NCBI GenBank assembly: GCA_963674755.2
Contig: CAXXVS010000001.1
Span: 32,001 to 96,000, forward strand
DNA: 64,000 nt
DNA from: Desulfobacterales bacterium
Lineage (GTDB): Bacteria; Desulfobacterota; Desulfobacteria; Desulfobacterales; UBA5852
Direction of reading: 5' to 3'
The position numbers and the translations under genes are program-made. The notes under the pieces are model-generated. The model did not search any database, was not told the origin of the DNA, and saw only the letters and a program-made list of their open reading frames with translations. This document shows positions 9,466 through 20,593 of the stretch, in pieces; the stretch's first letter is position 1, and every line of letters starts with the position of its first letter.

Positions 9466-10835
9466 TCACGTCGGGCGGCGCGGGCGTAATCCCGAAGGCC
9501 AGCGTGACGGCGAGGCCCGGGGGCGGGACGACAAGCGCCGCGGTTGCGGTGCGGTGAATCCACGACGCCGCCAGCGGCCTGAGCTTTGACAAGCTGGGCG
9601 CGATAGATCTGAATCAACCCCTGGATCAGCTTTACGTTGTCAAAGGCGGTCTGCACCCTGTGCCGACCAGCGTCAATGGCCCGCCGGCGCAGATCGCGAT
9701 CCGTCAGCGCCCGCATCATGGCGGCAGCCATTTGATCGGGGCGGCCGGGTTCCACCAGCAAACCGGTTTCCTCATGGTCGATGATTTCCGGAAGCGCCGA
9801 TATCCGGGTGGCCACCACCGGCACCCCCATGGCCAGGCTTTCCACCAGGACATTGGGGATGCCGTCCCGGTCGCCATTGGCGGCGATTTCACAGCCCAGG
9901 GCAAAGAGATCGGCCTGGCGGTAATGCTCCCGTACCACATTATGGGGCAGGGTGCCGAGCCAACGGGTGCGGTTGGAAAGCCCCAGGGCATTCACCAGCG
10001 CCAGAATTTTTTCGCGATCGTCCCCATCGCCGATCAGGGTGTAGTCGAAGGCCACACCCTTTTGCTTGAGGTGGGCCAGTGCCTTGAGGACGGTGGGCAG
10101 CCCCTTTTTCGGCGTAAGACGCGCGATGGAAAGGATGCGATAGGGTTCCGCCGGCGCCAGACGTGGGTGGGGATTGTCGAACAAGGTCAGATCGATGCCG
10201 TGGTAAAAGCAGTAAATGGGGGTGGCGCAGTCGTGCCCGAGGTTCAGGAGATAGCGGCGGTTGTATTCGGTGCAGGTCGCGACAAAGGCCGCCATGGCGA
10301 GTTTTTCACGCAGCTGCCGCGGATCGGAGGTATAGATATCCTTGGCATGGGCTGTAAAACTGAAGGGTCGGCCACTCAGCAGGCTGCTGAACATGGCGAC
10401 CGATGTGGGCGAATGGGCAAAATGGGCGTGCAGATGAACGATCCGGCTCCGGGCCAGTCCCGCATTGACCAGGTAGCCGGCCTGCAACAGATGCTTGAGG
10501 GTGGCGGATTTGCGCGTCCGGTGAAAACGCCGCAGGGCCAGGCCCAGGGCATGGGCATAGGCGGCGGGACGGCGGGCGGCCAGTTGCCCGTTGTGCCTGA
10601 GAAGCTGGGGCAGCCGCCGGCTGATAATGGTTTCGGGGAGGTAATCCACCCGGGCGCGGATTTCGTTGACGCTGGGGTGGCAAAAGGATTCCCGTGGGCG
10701 GCGCATGGAGAAGATATGGACCCTGATGCCCTGCCGCTCCAGGAGCCGGATTTCATTGGAGATGAAGGTCTCTGAAATACGCGGGTAGCCCTTGAGGACC
10801 AGACCGAGGACCGGTGGATCAGCAGGCGGCGGCAT
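9462..10835 (-). CDS. Glycosyltransferase family 4 (WcaL-like)
   Basis: GYPRISETFI, HLHAHFAH, FTAHAKDIY, DGIPNVLVESLAMGVPVV; start reassigned to 10835. Confidence 0.9.
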   Translation of the reverse strand: MPPPADPPVLGLVLKGYPRISETFISNEIRLLERQGIRVHIFSMRRPRESFCHPSVNEIRARVDYLPETIISRRLPQLLRHNGQLAARRPAAYAHALGLALRRFHRTRKSATLKHLLQAGYLVNAGLARSRIVHLHAHFAHSPTSVAMFSSLLSGRPFSFTAHAKDIYTSDPRQLREKLAMAAFVATCTEYNRRYLLNLGHDCATPIYCFYHGIDLTLFDNPHPRLAPAEPYRILSIARLTPKKGLPTVLKALAHLKQKGVAFDYTLIGDGDDREKILALVNALGLSNRTRWLGTLPHNVVREHYRQADLFALGCEIAANGDRDGIPNVLVESLAMGVPVVATRISALPEIIDHEETGLLVEPGRPDQMAAAMMRALTDRDLRRRAIDAGRHRVQTAFDNVKLIQGLIQIYRAQLVKAQAAGGVVDSPHRNRGACRPAPGPRRHAGLRDYARAARRE

Positions 10836-12030
10836 TCTCACGGCTCCGGAAGGTCTGAATGCGGCGACGCATGCTGTCGATGCCGGTAAACCGAAAGCGC
10901 GCGAGGGCATCGTAATAGCTCTGGGGGTTTGCCAGAAGATGATCGATTTTGCCGCGCAGGGCATGGGCCGAAAGATCGTTCCAGGGGATATAGTCCACCA
11001 GACCTTGCTTTTTGAAGGCCCGGGCCCGGATCAGCTGCTCGGTGCGCGGTGTTTCCCGGGGAATGACCAGACAGAGCGTGCCTTGGCTGATGACTTCGCA
11101 CAGGGTGTTGTAGCCGCCCATGCTGATCACCAGATCGGCGGCGGCCATCAGTTTTTCCATCCGGCGGTAGAACATGAAGGTCTGCACGCCGGCTTTACGG
11201 GCCCGTTTGAATAGCCCGCCGCGTTCTCCCTTGGGCATAAAAGGGCCCGTGACCAGGACACTTTTGAAACCGTCTGCCAGGGGACGTTCTTCCAGCATGC
11301 TCAGGTAGGTGTCCATCAGGGCGAAACCGTCGCCCCCCCCGCCGGTGGTGACCACGATCAGTTTCTTGTCGGGGTCCACGCCCATTTCACGTCGTATCCT
11401 TTGGGCTTCCCGGTTGCTGGGTGTCTGCCGGGGGATGTAGCCGGTGAAGAGCATTTTACGACTGACGGGCTCCGGGATACCGTATTCGATGATGGGATCG
11501 TAGAAGTCCTGATTGCCGTAGATCCAGATTTCGCTGTAGAGCTTATCCAGATTTTCAAAGACGTTTTTTTTCCACCAGTCGCGGCGTACCGTTTCGGCAT
11601 CATCCATGATATCCCGCAGGCCTAGGATGGTGCGGGCATGGGGCAGGCAGCGCCGTATCCAGCGCAGGGTGGGCAGGACTTCCTTTTTCAGCCCGAGGGG
11701 TTCCTTGTCGACGATAAAAAGGTGGGGCTGAAAGGTTTTGGCGGTGGCCGTGATGATGTTTTTCCGAATATCGAGGGCGTGCCGGGGATTTATCTTGATG
11801 GAGAGCGGCCGATATTCTTCGTTGGTTTTCTTGATCATGCCCGGAATACGGACGAAGTCGATCTGCTCCGGGAAGCTAAACCGTCCCGCAATGGGCGAAC
11901 CGGTCAAAATCAGGATATTGATCCCGTCGCTGCACAACTGGGAGGCAATGGCCATGGTCCTCCGGATGTGCCCCAGGCCATAGGTGTCGTGGGAATACAT
12001 CAGAATGTTGAAGGTGCCGTTTTGCGCCAT
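10819..12030 (-). CDS. Glycosyltransferase, GT-B fold (COG4671-like)
   Basis: MYSHDTYGLGHIRR, TTGGGGDG, ISMGGYNT, EQLIRA. Confidence 0.88.
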   Translation of the reverse strand: MAQNGTFNILMYSHDTYGLGHIRRTMAIASQLCSDGINILILTGSPIAGRFSFPEQIDFVRIPGMIKKTNEEYRPLSIKINPRHALDIRKNIITATAKTFQPHLFIVDKEPLGLKKEVLPTLRWIRRCLPHARTILGLRDIMDDAETVRRDWWKKNVFENLDKLYSEIWIYGNQDFYDPIIEYGIPEPVSRKMLFTGYIPRQTPSNREAQRIRREMGVDPDKKLIVVTTGGGGDGFALMDTYLSMLEERPLADGFKSVLVTGPFMPKGERGGLFKRARKAGVQTFMFYRRMEKLMAAADLVISMGGYNTLCEVISQGTLCLVIPRETPRTEQLIRARAFKKQGLVDYIPWNDLSAHALRGKIDHLLANPQSYYDALARFRFTGIDSMRRRIQTFRSRENAAAC

Positions 12031-12309
12031 GCCACCGACCATCGGGATCCCCGGGATTTGGAATGCTGCAAACAATTTCGGAGATCGCATCCCGGGTCAG
12101 GCGCTTCTCCGATGGGGTTTTTATTACCTGAAATGACAATGCATAGCAAGTATGAGATTGGACGGGCCCAATCATGCAAAACGCCTTGACGGTCCGCGGC
12201 AGTTGTTTCATTATACCGCATTCCGGTTGCGGCTTGTCGGCCCTTTTCGCAGACGGCCCTTCGGGCGTTCACGATTGAATGGCAATTGTTACAGCAAGGA
12301 AACCACATC

Positions 12310-13746
12310 ATGGAATTCGAGCCGGTCATCGGGCTGGAAGTACACGCCCAGCTGAAAACCCAATCCAAGATTTTCTGCGGCTGTTCCACGGCTTTCGGGG
12401 CACCGCCCAACACTCACGTTTGTCCGGTCTGTCTGGGCATGCCGGGGGTGCTGCCGGTGCTCAACCGGGAGGTGTTGGCCTTCAGCCTGCGGATGGCCCT
12501 GGCCACCGGATGCCGCGTTAACCGGGAAAGCCGCTTCGCCCGCAAAAACTATTTCTACCCGGATTTGCCCAAAGGCTACCAGATCTCCCAGTACGAGCTG
12601 CCGGTGGCTGAACACGGGGAAATCCATATCGCCACCGAGGACGGCCGCACACGGCGGATCGGCATCACCCGTATTCACATGGAAGAAGATGCCGGCAAGC
12701 TCGTACACGATCCCGACCGGCCGGTGAGCCGGGTGGATTTGAACCGCACCGGCGTCCCTTTGATCGAAATCGTCAGCGAACCCGACCTGCGGACCCCCGA
12801 AGAAGCCGGCGCATACCTGCGCAAGCTGCGGGCCATTGTCCGCTACCTGGATATCTGCGACGGCAATCTGGAGGAGGGCAGTTTCCGCTGCGATGCCAAT
12901 ATCTCCATCCGGCCGGCCGGCACCGAACCGCTGGGCACGCGCACCGAGCTCAAAAACCTCAACTCCTTTCGCAACGTGGAAAAATCCATCGCCTATGAAA
13001 TCCAGCGCCAGAAGGAGTTGATCGCCGACGGCGGGGCCGTGGTCCAGGAAACCCGGTTGTGGGATCCCGAGCGCAGCCGCACCAGTGCCATGCGGGGCAA
13101 GGAAGAGGCCCACGACTACCGCTATTTCCCGGACCCCGATCTGCTGCCGGTGGTGGTGGACGAAGACTGGCTGGCATCCATCCGGCGGGATCTGCCTGAG
13201 CTGCCGGACGCCCGTCAGCAGCGGTTTTGCGCGCAGTACGGGTTATCGGATTATGACGCTGCCCGCCTGGCGGCGGAACGCGGTCTGGGGGATTACTTTG
13301 AAGCCTGTCTCGCCCATGCTCCGGCCGCCAAACCGGCGGCCAACTGGATTCTGGGAGAGCTTGCCGCCCGGTTGAACGCGGACAACCGGTCCATCGAACA
13401 ATCCCCGGTATCTCCCGAACATTTGGGCCGGCTGCTGACCCTGATCGCGGAAGACGTCATTTCCGGCAAGATTGCCAAAACCGTATTTGACGATATGGTC
13501 GCCAGTGGCCGTGGCCCCGAGGCCGTCGTCAAAGCCCGGGGCCTGGAGCAGGTCTCGGACACGGCCGAACTGGAAACCGTGGTGGCCCAGGTGCTGGCCG
13601 AGGCCCCCGACGAAGTGGCCGCCTACCGCCAGGGCAAAAAGAAATTGATGGGATTTTTCGTGGGGCAGGTCATGAAGGCGACTCGCGGTCAGGCCAACCC
13701 GCGCAAGGTCAATGAAATTCTCGCGGAAAAATTGCGTCTGGAATAG
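12310..13746 (+). CDS. gatB: Asp-tRNA(Asn)/Glu-tRNA(Gln) amidotransferase subunit B
   Basis: [45 protein letters not shown]. Confidence 0.98.
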   Translation: MEFEPVIGLEVHAQLKTQSKIFCGCSTAFGAPPNTHVCPVCLGMPGVLPVLNREVLAFSLRMALATGCRVNRESRFARKNYFYPDLPKGYQISQYELPVAEHGEIHIATEDGRTRRIGITRIHMEEDAGKLVHDPDRPVSRVDLNRTGVPLIEIVSEPDLRTPEEAGAYLRKLRAIVRYLDICDGNLEEGSFRCDANISIRPAGTEPLGTRTELKNLNSFRNVEKSIAYEIQRQKELIADGGAVVQETRLWDPERSRTSAMRGKEEAHDYRYFPDPDLLPVVVDEDWLASIRRDLPELPDARQQRFCAQYGLSDYDAARLAAERGLGDYFEACLAHAPAAKPAANWILGELAARLNADNRSIEQSPVSPEHLGRLLTLIAEDVISGKIAKTVFDDMVASGRGPEAVVKARGLEQVSDTAELETVVAQVLAEAPDEVAAYRQGKKKLMGFFVGQVMKATRGQANPRKVNEILAEKLRLE

Positions 13747-13768
13747 CGGTTGGGATGAGCGGCCCGAT

Positions 13769-16678
13769 CTAATCCGGGCGCGCGTCCTTTGGAATTTGAC
13801 GACGAAGGTTTTGCAATGTTTCATCATCCGGATTGTAGCGTAAACCCCACTTGATCACCTCCCGGAGCGCCTGGGCGTCCTCTTGCGTGGCGGCCAAGCG
13901 CAGGCGGATTTCTTCTTGGAAGGCCTCCGGAAAGGCGGGGTGGTAGAATTGCAGCCTCCGGAGGATCGTATACGCCTCCTGGGCACGGCCGTTTTGGGCC
14001 AATTGCGCCGCCAGACGCAGTCCGGCCGGGTAGTAGTACCGGGAATTAAAATCACGGTAGGCGGCCCACAAATAGTGCATCTCGGACTGACGATCCTGCC
14101 GTTCCCGTGCCCGTGCTGCCAGTTGAAAATCCTGATCGCCATTGCGGGTCAATTGGGCCAGTTCGTGCTGCATGCGCTTTGGATCCAACCCGGGCAAAAG
14201 CGACTGCAGCGCAGCATTGCGATCTTTGGCAAAAAAACGCTCGAGTTCGAAGAACAGGTTACGGGCTGGGCCGCTGTAAAGATCCTGGGGGATATGGTGT
14301 TCGAGCCAGACATTGTCGTCCGTGTTGACGCGGGTCGTGCCTTGCAGATAAGCGTCCACCTGACGGCCGGCCCCCATCAGAAAGGCCCCTAAATTGAACG
14401 GCGACAAAATATCCATGGATGCGAAATCGGCGTGCACCCGTGGCGAATCGAGGCGACGTATAAATGTCTCCCAATCCCGGGCAAGGGGCTCCCGGGAGGC
14501 AATCACGACAGCTTCCCCGAAAAAGGTGAAAATTGCGGTATGGGGGAAGACGGAATGTATGGAGTTCAAGATCGTTTTGAAGGAATCCTCCGATATCGCC
14601 ACCAGGGGAATCCACTGGCAGAAAACCCCCCCCGCGTTCAGACGCCGCGCGGCGACACGGTAAAAATCCTGCGAATAGAGATTGGCTGCCCCGGCCACAA
14701 AAGGGTGGATCGGATCGGCGGTAATGACATCATAGCCAAAGGGCTTATAGGTCAGGTGGCTGCGGCCGTCGAGGGTGAAAACGCGTGTCCGGCGGTCTTC
14801 CAACGGCTGGTGATTGATAAAGTCGAAATAGCGGGTGGCGTCGATAACCGCTGATTCGAGTTCGAACACGTCGACCTCTTTGACCTCAGGGTAGAGCAAT
14901 ACCGTGCCGGTGGTAATGCCGGTGCCGTACCCGATCACAGCCACCGTCTCGGGGCGACGCGCAAAAAGCAGGGGCAAATGCGCCAGAAACCGCAGGTGCA
15001 GACGGCCGTGGAATTCAGTCGTTGAAACCCAGTGGCCGGTCAGGTGCAGCGTCAGATTGCCGTCCTTGAATTTATTGGCCACCACGGCCACGCTGTTGTT
15101 GATACCCTCGTTGAACATCAAAAGACGGCCGAGGGACAAATCGGCACGTTTGCGTCCGGCCACCTTCTGGTCCGGCCCCACCATATCGGAGTACAGGCCG
15201 GCATTGAGGATCTGCTGATCGGCCGGTGGTGCGAGCAGCAGGATCAACAGCAGAACGCCCGCCAGGGCTCCGGTCCCTAACCCGCGTTCCCACAACCGCC
15301 TGGAACGGCACTGCAGCAGGAGGAACGCGGCCAACCCGGCCAGCAGCAGCGACATCACGACCAGCGAGGTCTTGACCCCCAGCGTGGGCAGCGCCCAGAA
15401 GCCCGTCATCAGACAGCCGCTCACGGCACCCAGGGTATTGCTGAAATACAGGCGTCCCACCGTATTTTCGGCATTGGCGGGACGGGTTCCGGGCCGTCGT
15501 TCATAGGCGCGGTTGATGACCGGGAAGAGCATGCCCAGCGGGACCGTGGCCGGCAAGATGAGCCAGGCGGACATCAGCGCCTGAACGAATAAGAGGCGCG
15601 GCATCGATCCCTCCGCCCCCAGGAGGCGATAGAGATCACCGTACCAGAGCGGCATGTCATTCAGGGCTATCAGGGGCAGCAGGGCGCCAAGGGCACAGGC
15701 GGCCAGGGTGCCGCCCGCCAGGAGACGGTCGTCCGTTGGGCGCCGAATCAGGAAACAGCCGGCCAGACTACCCCCGCCGATTCCGATCAGATATAGCATC
15801 AGCATGATCGAAAAGGCCTGCACCGAGGGGCCGATGATACGGGCCAGAATGCGGAACCAGACGACTTCCAGACCCAAGGCAGAAAGGCCTGAGAAGCCAA
15901 TGATGACAAGCGGCCATGAAAGAGTTCCCGTCTCCGCCGTAACCCTCGCTTTGGGCCGGGAGTGCTTGGATGTATCGAGGTGATTTGGTGCGGTGGCGCG
16001 ACGAAAGATTGCCAGAACCGTCAGCCCGATCAGCAAATCGATCAGACCGGTCAGAATACAGGTCCACAAGAGCCCCAATTGCGGTACCAGCAGAAAACCT
16101 GCCAGGAGGGTGCCCGTGACGGCGCCCAGGGTATTGATCCCATACAGCCGCCCTGCCAGACGGGCCAACTGGTTTGGGCGTCCGTCGGTCGAAGCGCCGA
16201 CCACCACGGGCAGGGTCATGCCCATGAGCGTTGCCGGCAACAGCATGAGCGCGAAGACGATCGCAAACCGTGCCGCTAAAAAGAAGCCGCTTTCGTAGTT
16301 TAGCTGGGTGTAAACAAGGGATAGCAGCGGCTGGGTGGTGCGAAATAAAGGAATGGAAACGATACCGCAGGCACCGATAATGAGTTGCAAACCGCCGTAA
16401 ACCCGGATGGATGCTCGGGTCCTGCGAAAATAGCGCGCCGCCAGAAGGGCTCCCAGGCCCAATCCCGCCATGAAGGCGGTGACCACAGTGGTTGCCGCGT
16501 AAATATCCACCCCCAGCAGGTAGGAAAGCTCCTTGGACCAGGCGACTTCCAGGGAGAGGCTGGTGGCCCCGGAAACAAAAAAGAAAAGCGTGATCAGCCC
16601 GGTATTTAGCGGCGAAACCTTTTCCGGAAGCGTTTTGCGGGATTTTTCGGATTGGAGTTTGGGGTGTTTGGCAGCCAT
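13769..16678 (-). CDS. Fused MFS-like membrane domain / spermidine synthase-like methyltransferase-fold protein with C-terminal TPR-like tail
   Basis: SGATSLSLEVAW, GRLYGINTLGAVTG repeated TM halves; VIGYGTGIT, DGRSHL, YDVITADP, NTDDNVWLE. Confidence 0.85.
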   Translation of the reverse strand: MAAKHPKLQSEKSRKTLPEKVSPLNTGLITLFFFVSGATSLSLEVAWSKELSYLLGVDIYAATTVVTAFMAGLGLGALLAARYFRRTRASIRVYGGLQLIIGACGIVSIPLFRTTQPLLSLVYTQLNYESGFFLAARFAIVFALMLLPATLMGMTLPVVVGASTDGRPNQLARLAGRLYGINTLGAVTGTLLAGFLLVPQLGLLWTCILTGLIDLLIGLTVLAIFRRATAPNHLDTSKHSRPKARVTAETGTLSWPLVIIGFSGLSALGLEVVWFRILARIIGPSVQAFSIMLMLYLIGIGGGSLAGCFLIRRPTDDRLLAGGTLAACALGALLPLIALNDMPLWYGDLYRLLGAEGSMPRLLFVQALMSAWLILPATVPLGMLFPVINRAYERRPGTRPANAENTVGRLYFSNTLGAVSGCLMTGFWALPTLGVKTSLVVMSLLLAGLAAFLLLQCRSRRLWERGLGTGALAGVLLLILLLAPPADQQILNAGLYSDMVGPDQKVAGRKRADLSLGRLLMFNEGINNSVAVVANKFKDGNLTLHLTGHWVSTTEFHGRLHLRFLAHLPLLFARRPETVAVIGYGTGITTGTVLLYPEVKEVDVFELESAVIDATRYFDFINHQPLEDRRTRVFTLDGRSHLTYKPFGYDVITADPIHPFVAGAANLYSQDFYRVAARRLNAGGVFCQWIPLVAISEDSFKTILNSIHSVFPHTAIFTFFGEAVVIASREPLARDWETFIRRLDSPRVHADFASMDILSPFNLGAFLMGAGRQVDAYLQGTTRVNTDDNVWLEHHIPQDLYSGPARNLFFELERFFAKDRNAALQSLLPGLDPKRMQHELAQLTRNGDQDFQLAARARERQDRQSEMHYLWAAYRDFNSRYYYPAGLRLAAQLAQNGRAQEAYTILRRLQFYHPAFPEAFQEEIRLRLAATQEDAQALREVIKWGLRYNPDDETLQNLRRQIPKDARPD

Positions 16679-16779
16679 TGCGCTTTAGACCCTGTAATTC
16701 GGCTTGCGCGGCAGGCGGTCCCGTCGACAAGGATCGAAATCGCCTGATCGTAGGATACATAGTGTGTATAGCAGAAGAA

Positions 16780-16806
16780 AACCCGGGCGAGTAGCTCGCC
16801 CGGGTT
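16780..16806 (-). terminator. Intrinsic terminator of porin gene
   Basis: 12-bp stem AACCCGGGCGAG/CTCGCCCGGGTT, followed by a U-rich tract on the minus strand. Confidence 0.7.
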
Positions 16807-16918
16807 GCAGCAGAGACCCTGCTCTGCAAGACTGCTTTCAGGTCATGCCGGAAAGCCGTGCCCTCCGGCATGATACCCGATCTTCAGGAATGTGGTATTC
16901 CTTTTTCTGCGTTGCGCC

Positions 16919-18388
16919 TTAGAAGCTCAGGCTCAGCTGGGCACCGAACTCGTAAGGATTCTCATTGTTGGTGCCATCGGTGGAGACGGCATCGCCGGCC
17001 CACAGGTAGGCGCCCACCAGATCCAGGTTCAGGCCTTCCACCACCTGATAGGTGACCCTGACATCCAGTTCGGTTCCGAGTTTGCTGGCAGATTTAAAAC
17101 CCGTGGGAGAGAGCGCATTGATGTAGAGCATATCGCTCTCACGCTCGGCATACCACAGGTCGGCACCGATTTTGAGTTTGTCCATGGGGTTGAAGCTTGC
17201 GCCGATGTTGGCGGCCCAGATGTTGTAGATCTTGTCGGCGGGGGAGCCGTTACAGGTGTAATAGTCGAAGATACCGTAGCCCAGGATTTCCGCCCAGTAG
17301 TAGGAGCCCAAGGGCGCCACGACGTTTTCGACATCACTGTCTTTAAGGAGAGGATTGGGTTGGTTCAGGTCATCGTCGCCCGGGCTGTAGAAGAACTGGC
17401 CATGCAGGTCGACCGGCCCCAGCATGACATTACCGCCGATGGCGGCCAGCCAGGCTTTGACGTCGACATCCTGACCCGAGGTTTCCAGCGTGCCGTCCTG
17501 GCCAAAGGCTGTCAACCAGAGACCGAAGGTGTCGTAGTCCATATCGAAATCGAAACCGTAGGTAACCATGTTCAGGCTGCCATACGTACCAGTAACCGAC
17601 GCCGGAGCGGTCACGGTGTCGAATGTACCGATGACAGCTTCGTTACCGGCAAGAGCGGTTCCATAGACAGCATCGACTTGGCCGCTGGTGCTCCAGGAGA
17701 CGGATGGTTTGAGGGAGATGTTCTCGTTGAAATAAATCCAGCCGGAAAGCGTCCAGGCATCCACGTCGGAGTTGTTGCCACCGTCTTCGCCGCCCTCATA
17801 GACTTTCAGCCAGGAGGCTGCCAGGCCGGCACCTTCCGTGATCGGCCAGCGGACGATAACACCGGCGTCGTCATCGGAGATGTAGAAGTCGCGGAACAGG
17901 CTGTAGGGCTGGACACCCACCGTCCAGTTGAGCGGCCCGGTGTTGAAGTCCGCATAGGAGTTCTTGATTTCGATGTTGGCGCCGTCAGCACCGGTTTCAC
18001 CGTAGCTGCGGTTGTTGCCGCTGGTGACGATCGCTTGGGGTGCGGTAAAGCCTATCGTGGCACCACCGGCATCATAGACGGGCACGCTGCCGACAACAGC
18101 CGCGCTGCGGCCGTTGCGGGACCAACCGGTACCGCTGCCCCAGGTGGCATCCATTTCGAACTTGTTGACGAGCTTGAGGTTGTCGTTGATCTTGGCGGTG
18201 TAGTAGAGGCGGGTACGGGTATCCACCAGGCGGTAGTTGCCCAGATCGTCTTTTTCGCCGTTGAAGTGGCCCATCTGATAGAAACGGGTCCGCCAGTAGC
18301 CGCCGAATTCGTTTTCCAGCGCGGCGGCCGGGACGGTAAAGGCCGCCACGAGCAGGACGGCCAATGCAAGAATCGCAAACTTTTTCAT
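16919..18388 (-). CDS. Outer-membrane porin (Desulfobacterota homotrimeric-porin type)
   Basis: Signal peptide, alternating aromatic beta-strand pattern, C-terminal AQLSLSF; own promoter and terminator. Confidence 0.8.
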   Translation of the reverse strand: MKKFAILALAVLLVAAFTVPAAALENEFGGYWRTRFYQMGHFNGEKDDLGNYRLVDTRTRLYYTAKINDNLKLVNKFEMDATWGSGTGWSRNGRSAAVVGSVPVYDAGGATIGFTAPQAIVTSGNNRSYGETGADGANIEIKNSYADFNTGPLNWTVGVQPYSLFRDFYISDDDAGVIVRWPITEGAGLAASWLKVYEGGEDGGNNSDVDAWTLSGWIYFNENISLKPSVSWSTSGQVDAVYGTALAGNEAVIGTFDTVTAPASVTGTYGSLNMVTYGFDFDMDYDTFGLWLTAFGQDGTLETSGQDVDVKAWLAAIGGNVMLGPVDLHGQFFYSPGDDDLNQPNPLLKDSDVENVVAPLGSYYWAEILGYGIFDYYTCNGSPADKIYNIWAANIGASFNPMDKLKIGADLWYAERESDMLYINALSPTGFKSASKLGTELDVRVTYQVVEGLNLDLVGAYLWAGDAVSTDGTNNENPYEFGAQLSLSF

Positions 18389-18563
18389 TCGTTTTCCTCC
18401 TTAACGGATTGCCGGCGGTAACCAGCCGCCGACCAAATAACCTAACCTTAACCTAAAAACCTAACCTTGAACTTGCGTAAGCTAATCTTCAGACTGGCGT
18501 TTTTCCGTTCACCTCCCTTCCGCCGTGGACTGGTTCCGCGCGCAGAAACAGCGAAACGCTTTG

Positions 18564-18592
18564 TTTGTATCAACCAAATCCCGGCAAGTCAA
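18564..18592 (-). promoter_or_regulatory. Sigma70-like promoter of porin gene
   Basis: TTGACT-N17-TACAAA on the minus strand. Confidence 0.55.
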
Positions 18593-18860
18593 GGGTCAGC
18601 GCCATTTTAAAGGCGGATTGCGCGCAGGGCTGTCGAGGGGCAACCCATGAATGGCAGGGGGGCCCCGGAGGCTTGCGGCCTGGTTCAAAAGGGGTTGGAT
18701 TGCGGCCCCGCCGGTGGTATAAGACCCGCACAAGACATCAGACCGGGGCTGGCCCACGCCCTTTGCCGATAGCGATACGGATTTTAATCTGCGTCCGAAA
18801 AGCAGCATCGAGGGAATCGGCCGCCCGACGCATTATGACTGAAATGTCAGGAGACACTAC

Positions 18861-20561
18861 ATGATCGCAAGCCGTAACCGTTTATTAAACTGTTTGTTGC
18901 TGATAGCGCTGACGCTGGCCATGGCCCACCAGGTCCGGGCTGAAACCACCAAAGTCCTGATCGTGCCCTTCAGCATCCATTCGGACAAGGATCTGACCTT
19001 TTTGCGTAAAGGGATCACGGCCATGCTGTCCTCCCGCCTGACCGACCTGGGCAAAGTCGTGGTGATCGACGAGGCCTCGGTGGCGGAAATCATCAAAGGC
19101 CTGCCGACGCCCCTTACCCGGGAGGCCGCCGCGGAGGCCGGCCGCAAGGCCGGGGCCGACTATGTGGCCTTCGGCAGCCTGACGGTCTTCGGCAACAGCA
19201 TCAGCACGGACGCCCGCTTTCTGGAAGCCTCCACCGCCAGCCTGCTGGTGACCTTCAACGAGACAGGCCAGAACCAGGGCGACGTGATCGGCCAGATCAA
19301 CCATTTCGCCGAGGAGGTCAATACCCGCATTTTCGGACGTTCAAGCACGGCAACGGTTTCCGCAGCACCTTCACCTGCTCCTGCACCCGCGGCAACGGAT
19401 CCGGATCAGGCCAATCCCGAGAAGAAGATTTGGTCCGGTGGCGGTGGCATGCAGATTCGCGCCAGCAACCCGGATACTGCTGAAGCCGACGCCAGGCTCT
19501 GGCGCAGCCGCCGGTTTGCCATGAATATCGAGGGAGTGGCCATGGGGGATGTGGACGGCGACGGGGATGTCGAGATCGTCTTCGCCAGTGACAACCAGAT
19601 CGCGGTCTATCGTTACAAGGACGAAGGTTTTCTCAAGGTGGCGGAAATCGAACCGATGGCGCGCCTGGTCTGCCTGGGGGTGGACGTGGCGGATATCAAC
19701 GGCAACGGCCGGGCGGAGATTTTCATGACCGCCCGCTCGGATAATTATTTCCCCCACAGTTATGTGCTGGAATGGGACGGCGCCGCCTTTCAGACCATTT
19801 ACGATGCCCCTAACTGGTATTTCCGGGTGCTGTGGGACCCGCACAGCAAACGCCAAACCCTTTACGGCCAAAAGGGGAGCGCCCGGGAAGTCGTGGCCGG
19901 ACCGGTCTGGTCCATGGCATGGATCAACGGAGCCTACGAACCCCAGAACCACATTATCCTGCCCAAAGAGGCCAGCGTGTTCGGTTTTACCTGTGGCGAT
20001 CTGACCGGGGACGGTACGGCGGACACGATGGCCTTTGTTAAAAACAACCTCTTGCAGCTCTCCCTGATCGGGGGGCGGGAGGAGTGGACGAGTGCCGATA
20101 GTTACGGCGGCAAGTACACCTGGCTCATATCGCCGGACGAATTCAAGGAGGGCCAGCGGATGAGCCAAAACAGGGTCGATCCGCTGCCCGAACAGGTTTT
20201 TTACGTGCCCCAGCGGATTTTGCTGACGGATTTCGACCGGGACGGCCGCAATGAAGTGTTGGTGGTCACGAATGAGGATAGCACCGGAGGACTGATGTCC
20301 CGGATGCGCTCCTACCGCGAGGGCCGTTTCGAAAACCTGGCCTGGGACAACGTGGGGATGCGCACGGTGTGGCGGACCCGGAACTTTTCCGGCTACATCA
20401 GCGACTACAATATCGGTGATTTCAACAACGACGGCACGGAAGAGGTCGTGTTCGCCGTGGTGAAGAAATTCGGTGACCCGGCGACCGGCGAGTCCAAGAG
20501 CTATCTCGTCTCCTGGAATCCTTACCTGCAGAACGATCCCAACAAAGCCAAAGATGAGTGA
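18861..20561 (+). CDS. Exported FG-GAP/VCBS repeat protein
   Basis: Signal peptide; repeats GDVDGDGDVE, ADINGNGRAE, GDLTGDGTAD, DFDRDGRNE, GDFNNDGTEE. Confidence 0.85.
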   Translation: MIASRNRLLNCLLLIALTLAMAHQVRAETTKVLIVPFSIHSDKDLTFLRKGITAMLSSRLTDLGKVVVIDEASVAEIIKGLPTPLTREAAAEAGRKAGADYVAFGSLTVFGNSISTDARFLEASTASLLVTFNETGQNQGDVIGQINHFAEEVNTRIFGRSSTATVSAAPSPAPAPAATDPDQANPEKKIWSGGGGMQIRASNPDTAEADARLWRSRRFAMNIEGVAMGDVDGDGDVEIVFASDNQIAVYRYKDEGFLKVAEIEPMARLVCLGVDVADINGNGRAEIFMTARSDNYFPHSYVLEWDGAAFQTIYDAPNWYFRVLWDPHSKRQTLYGQKGSAREVVAGPVWSMAWINGAYEPQNHIILPKEASVFGFTCGDLTGDGTADTMAFVKNNLLQLSLIGGREEWTSADSYGGKYTWLISPDEFKEGQRMSQNRVDPLPEQVFYVPQRILLTDFDRDGRNEVLVVTNEDSTGGLMSRMRSYREGRFENLAWDNVGMRTVWRTRNFSGYISDYNIGDFNNDGTEEVVFAVVKKFGDPATGESKSYLVSWNPYLQNDPNKAKDE

Positions 20562-20593
20562 CAGGCTGACATGATATCGGCTTGCTCCTGACG

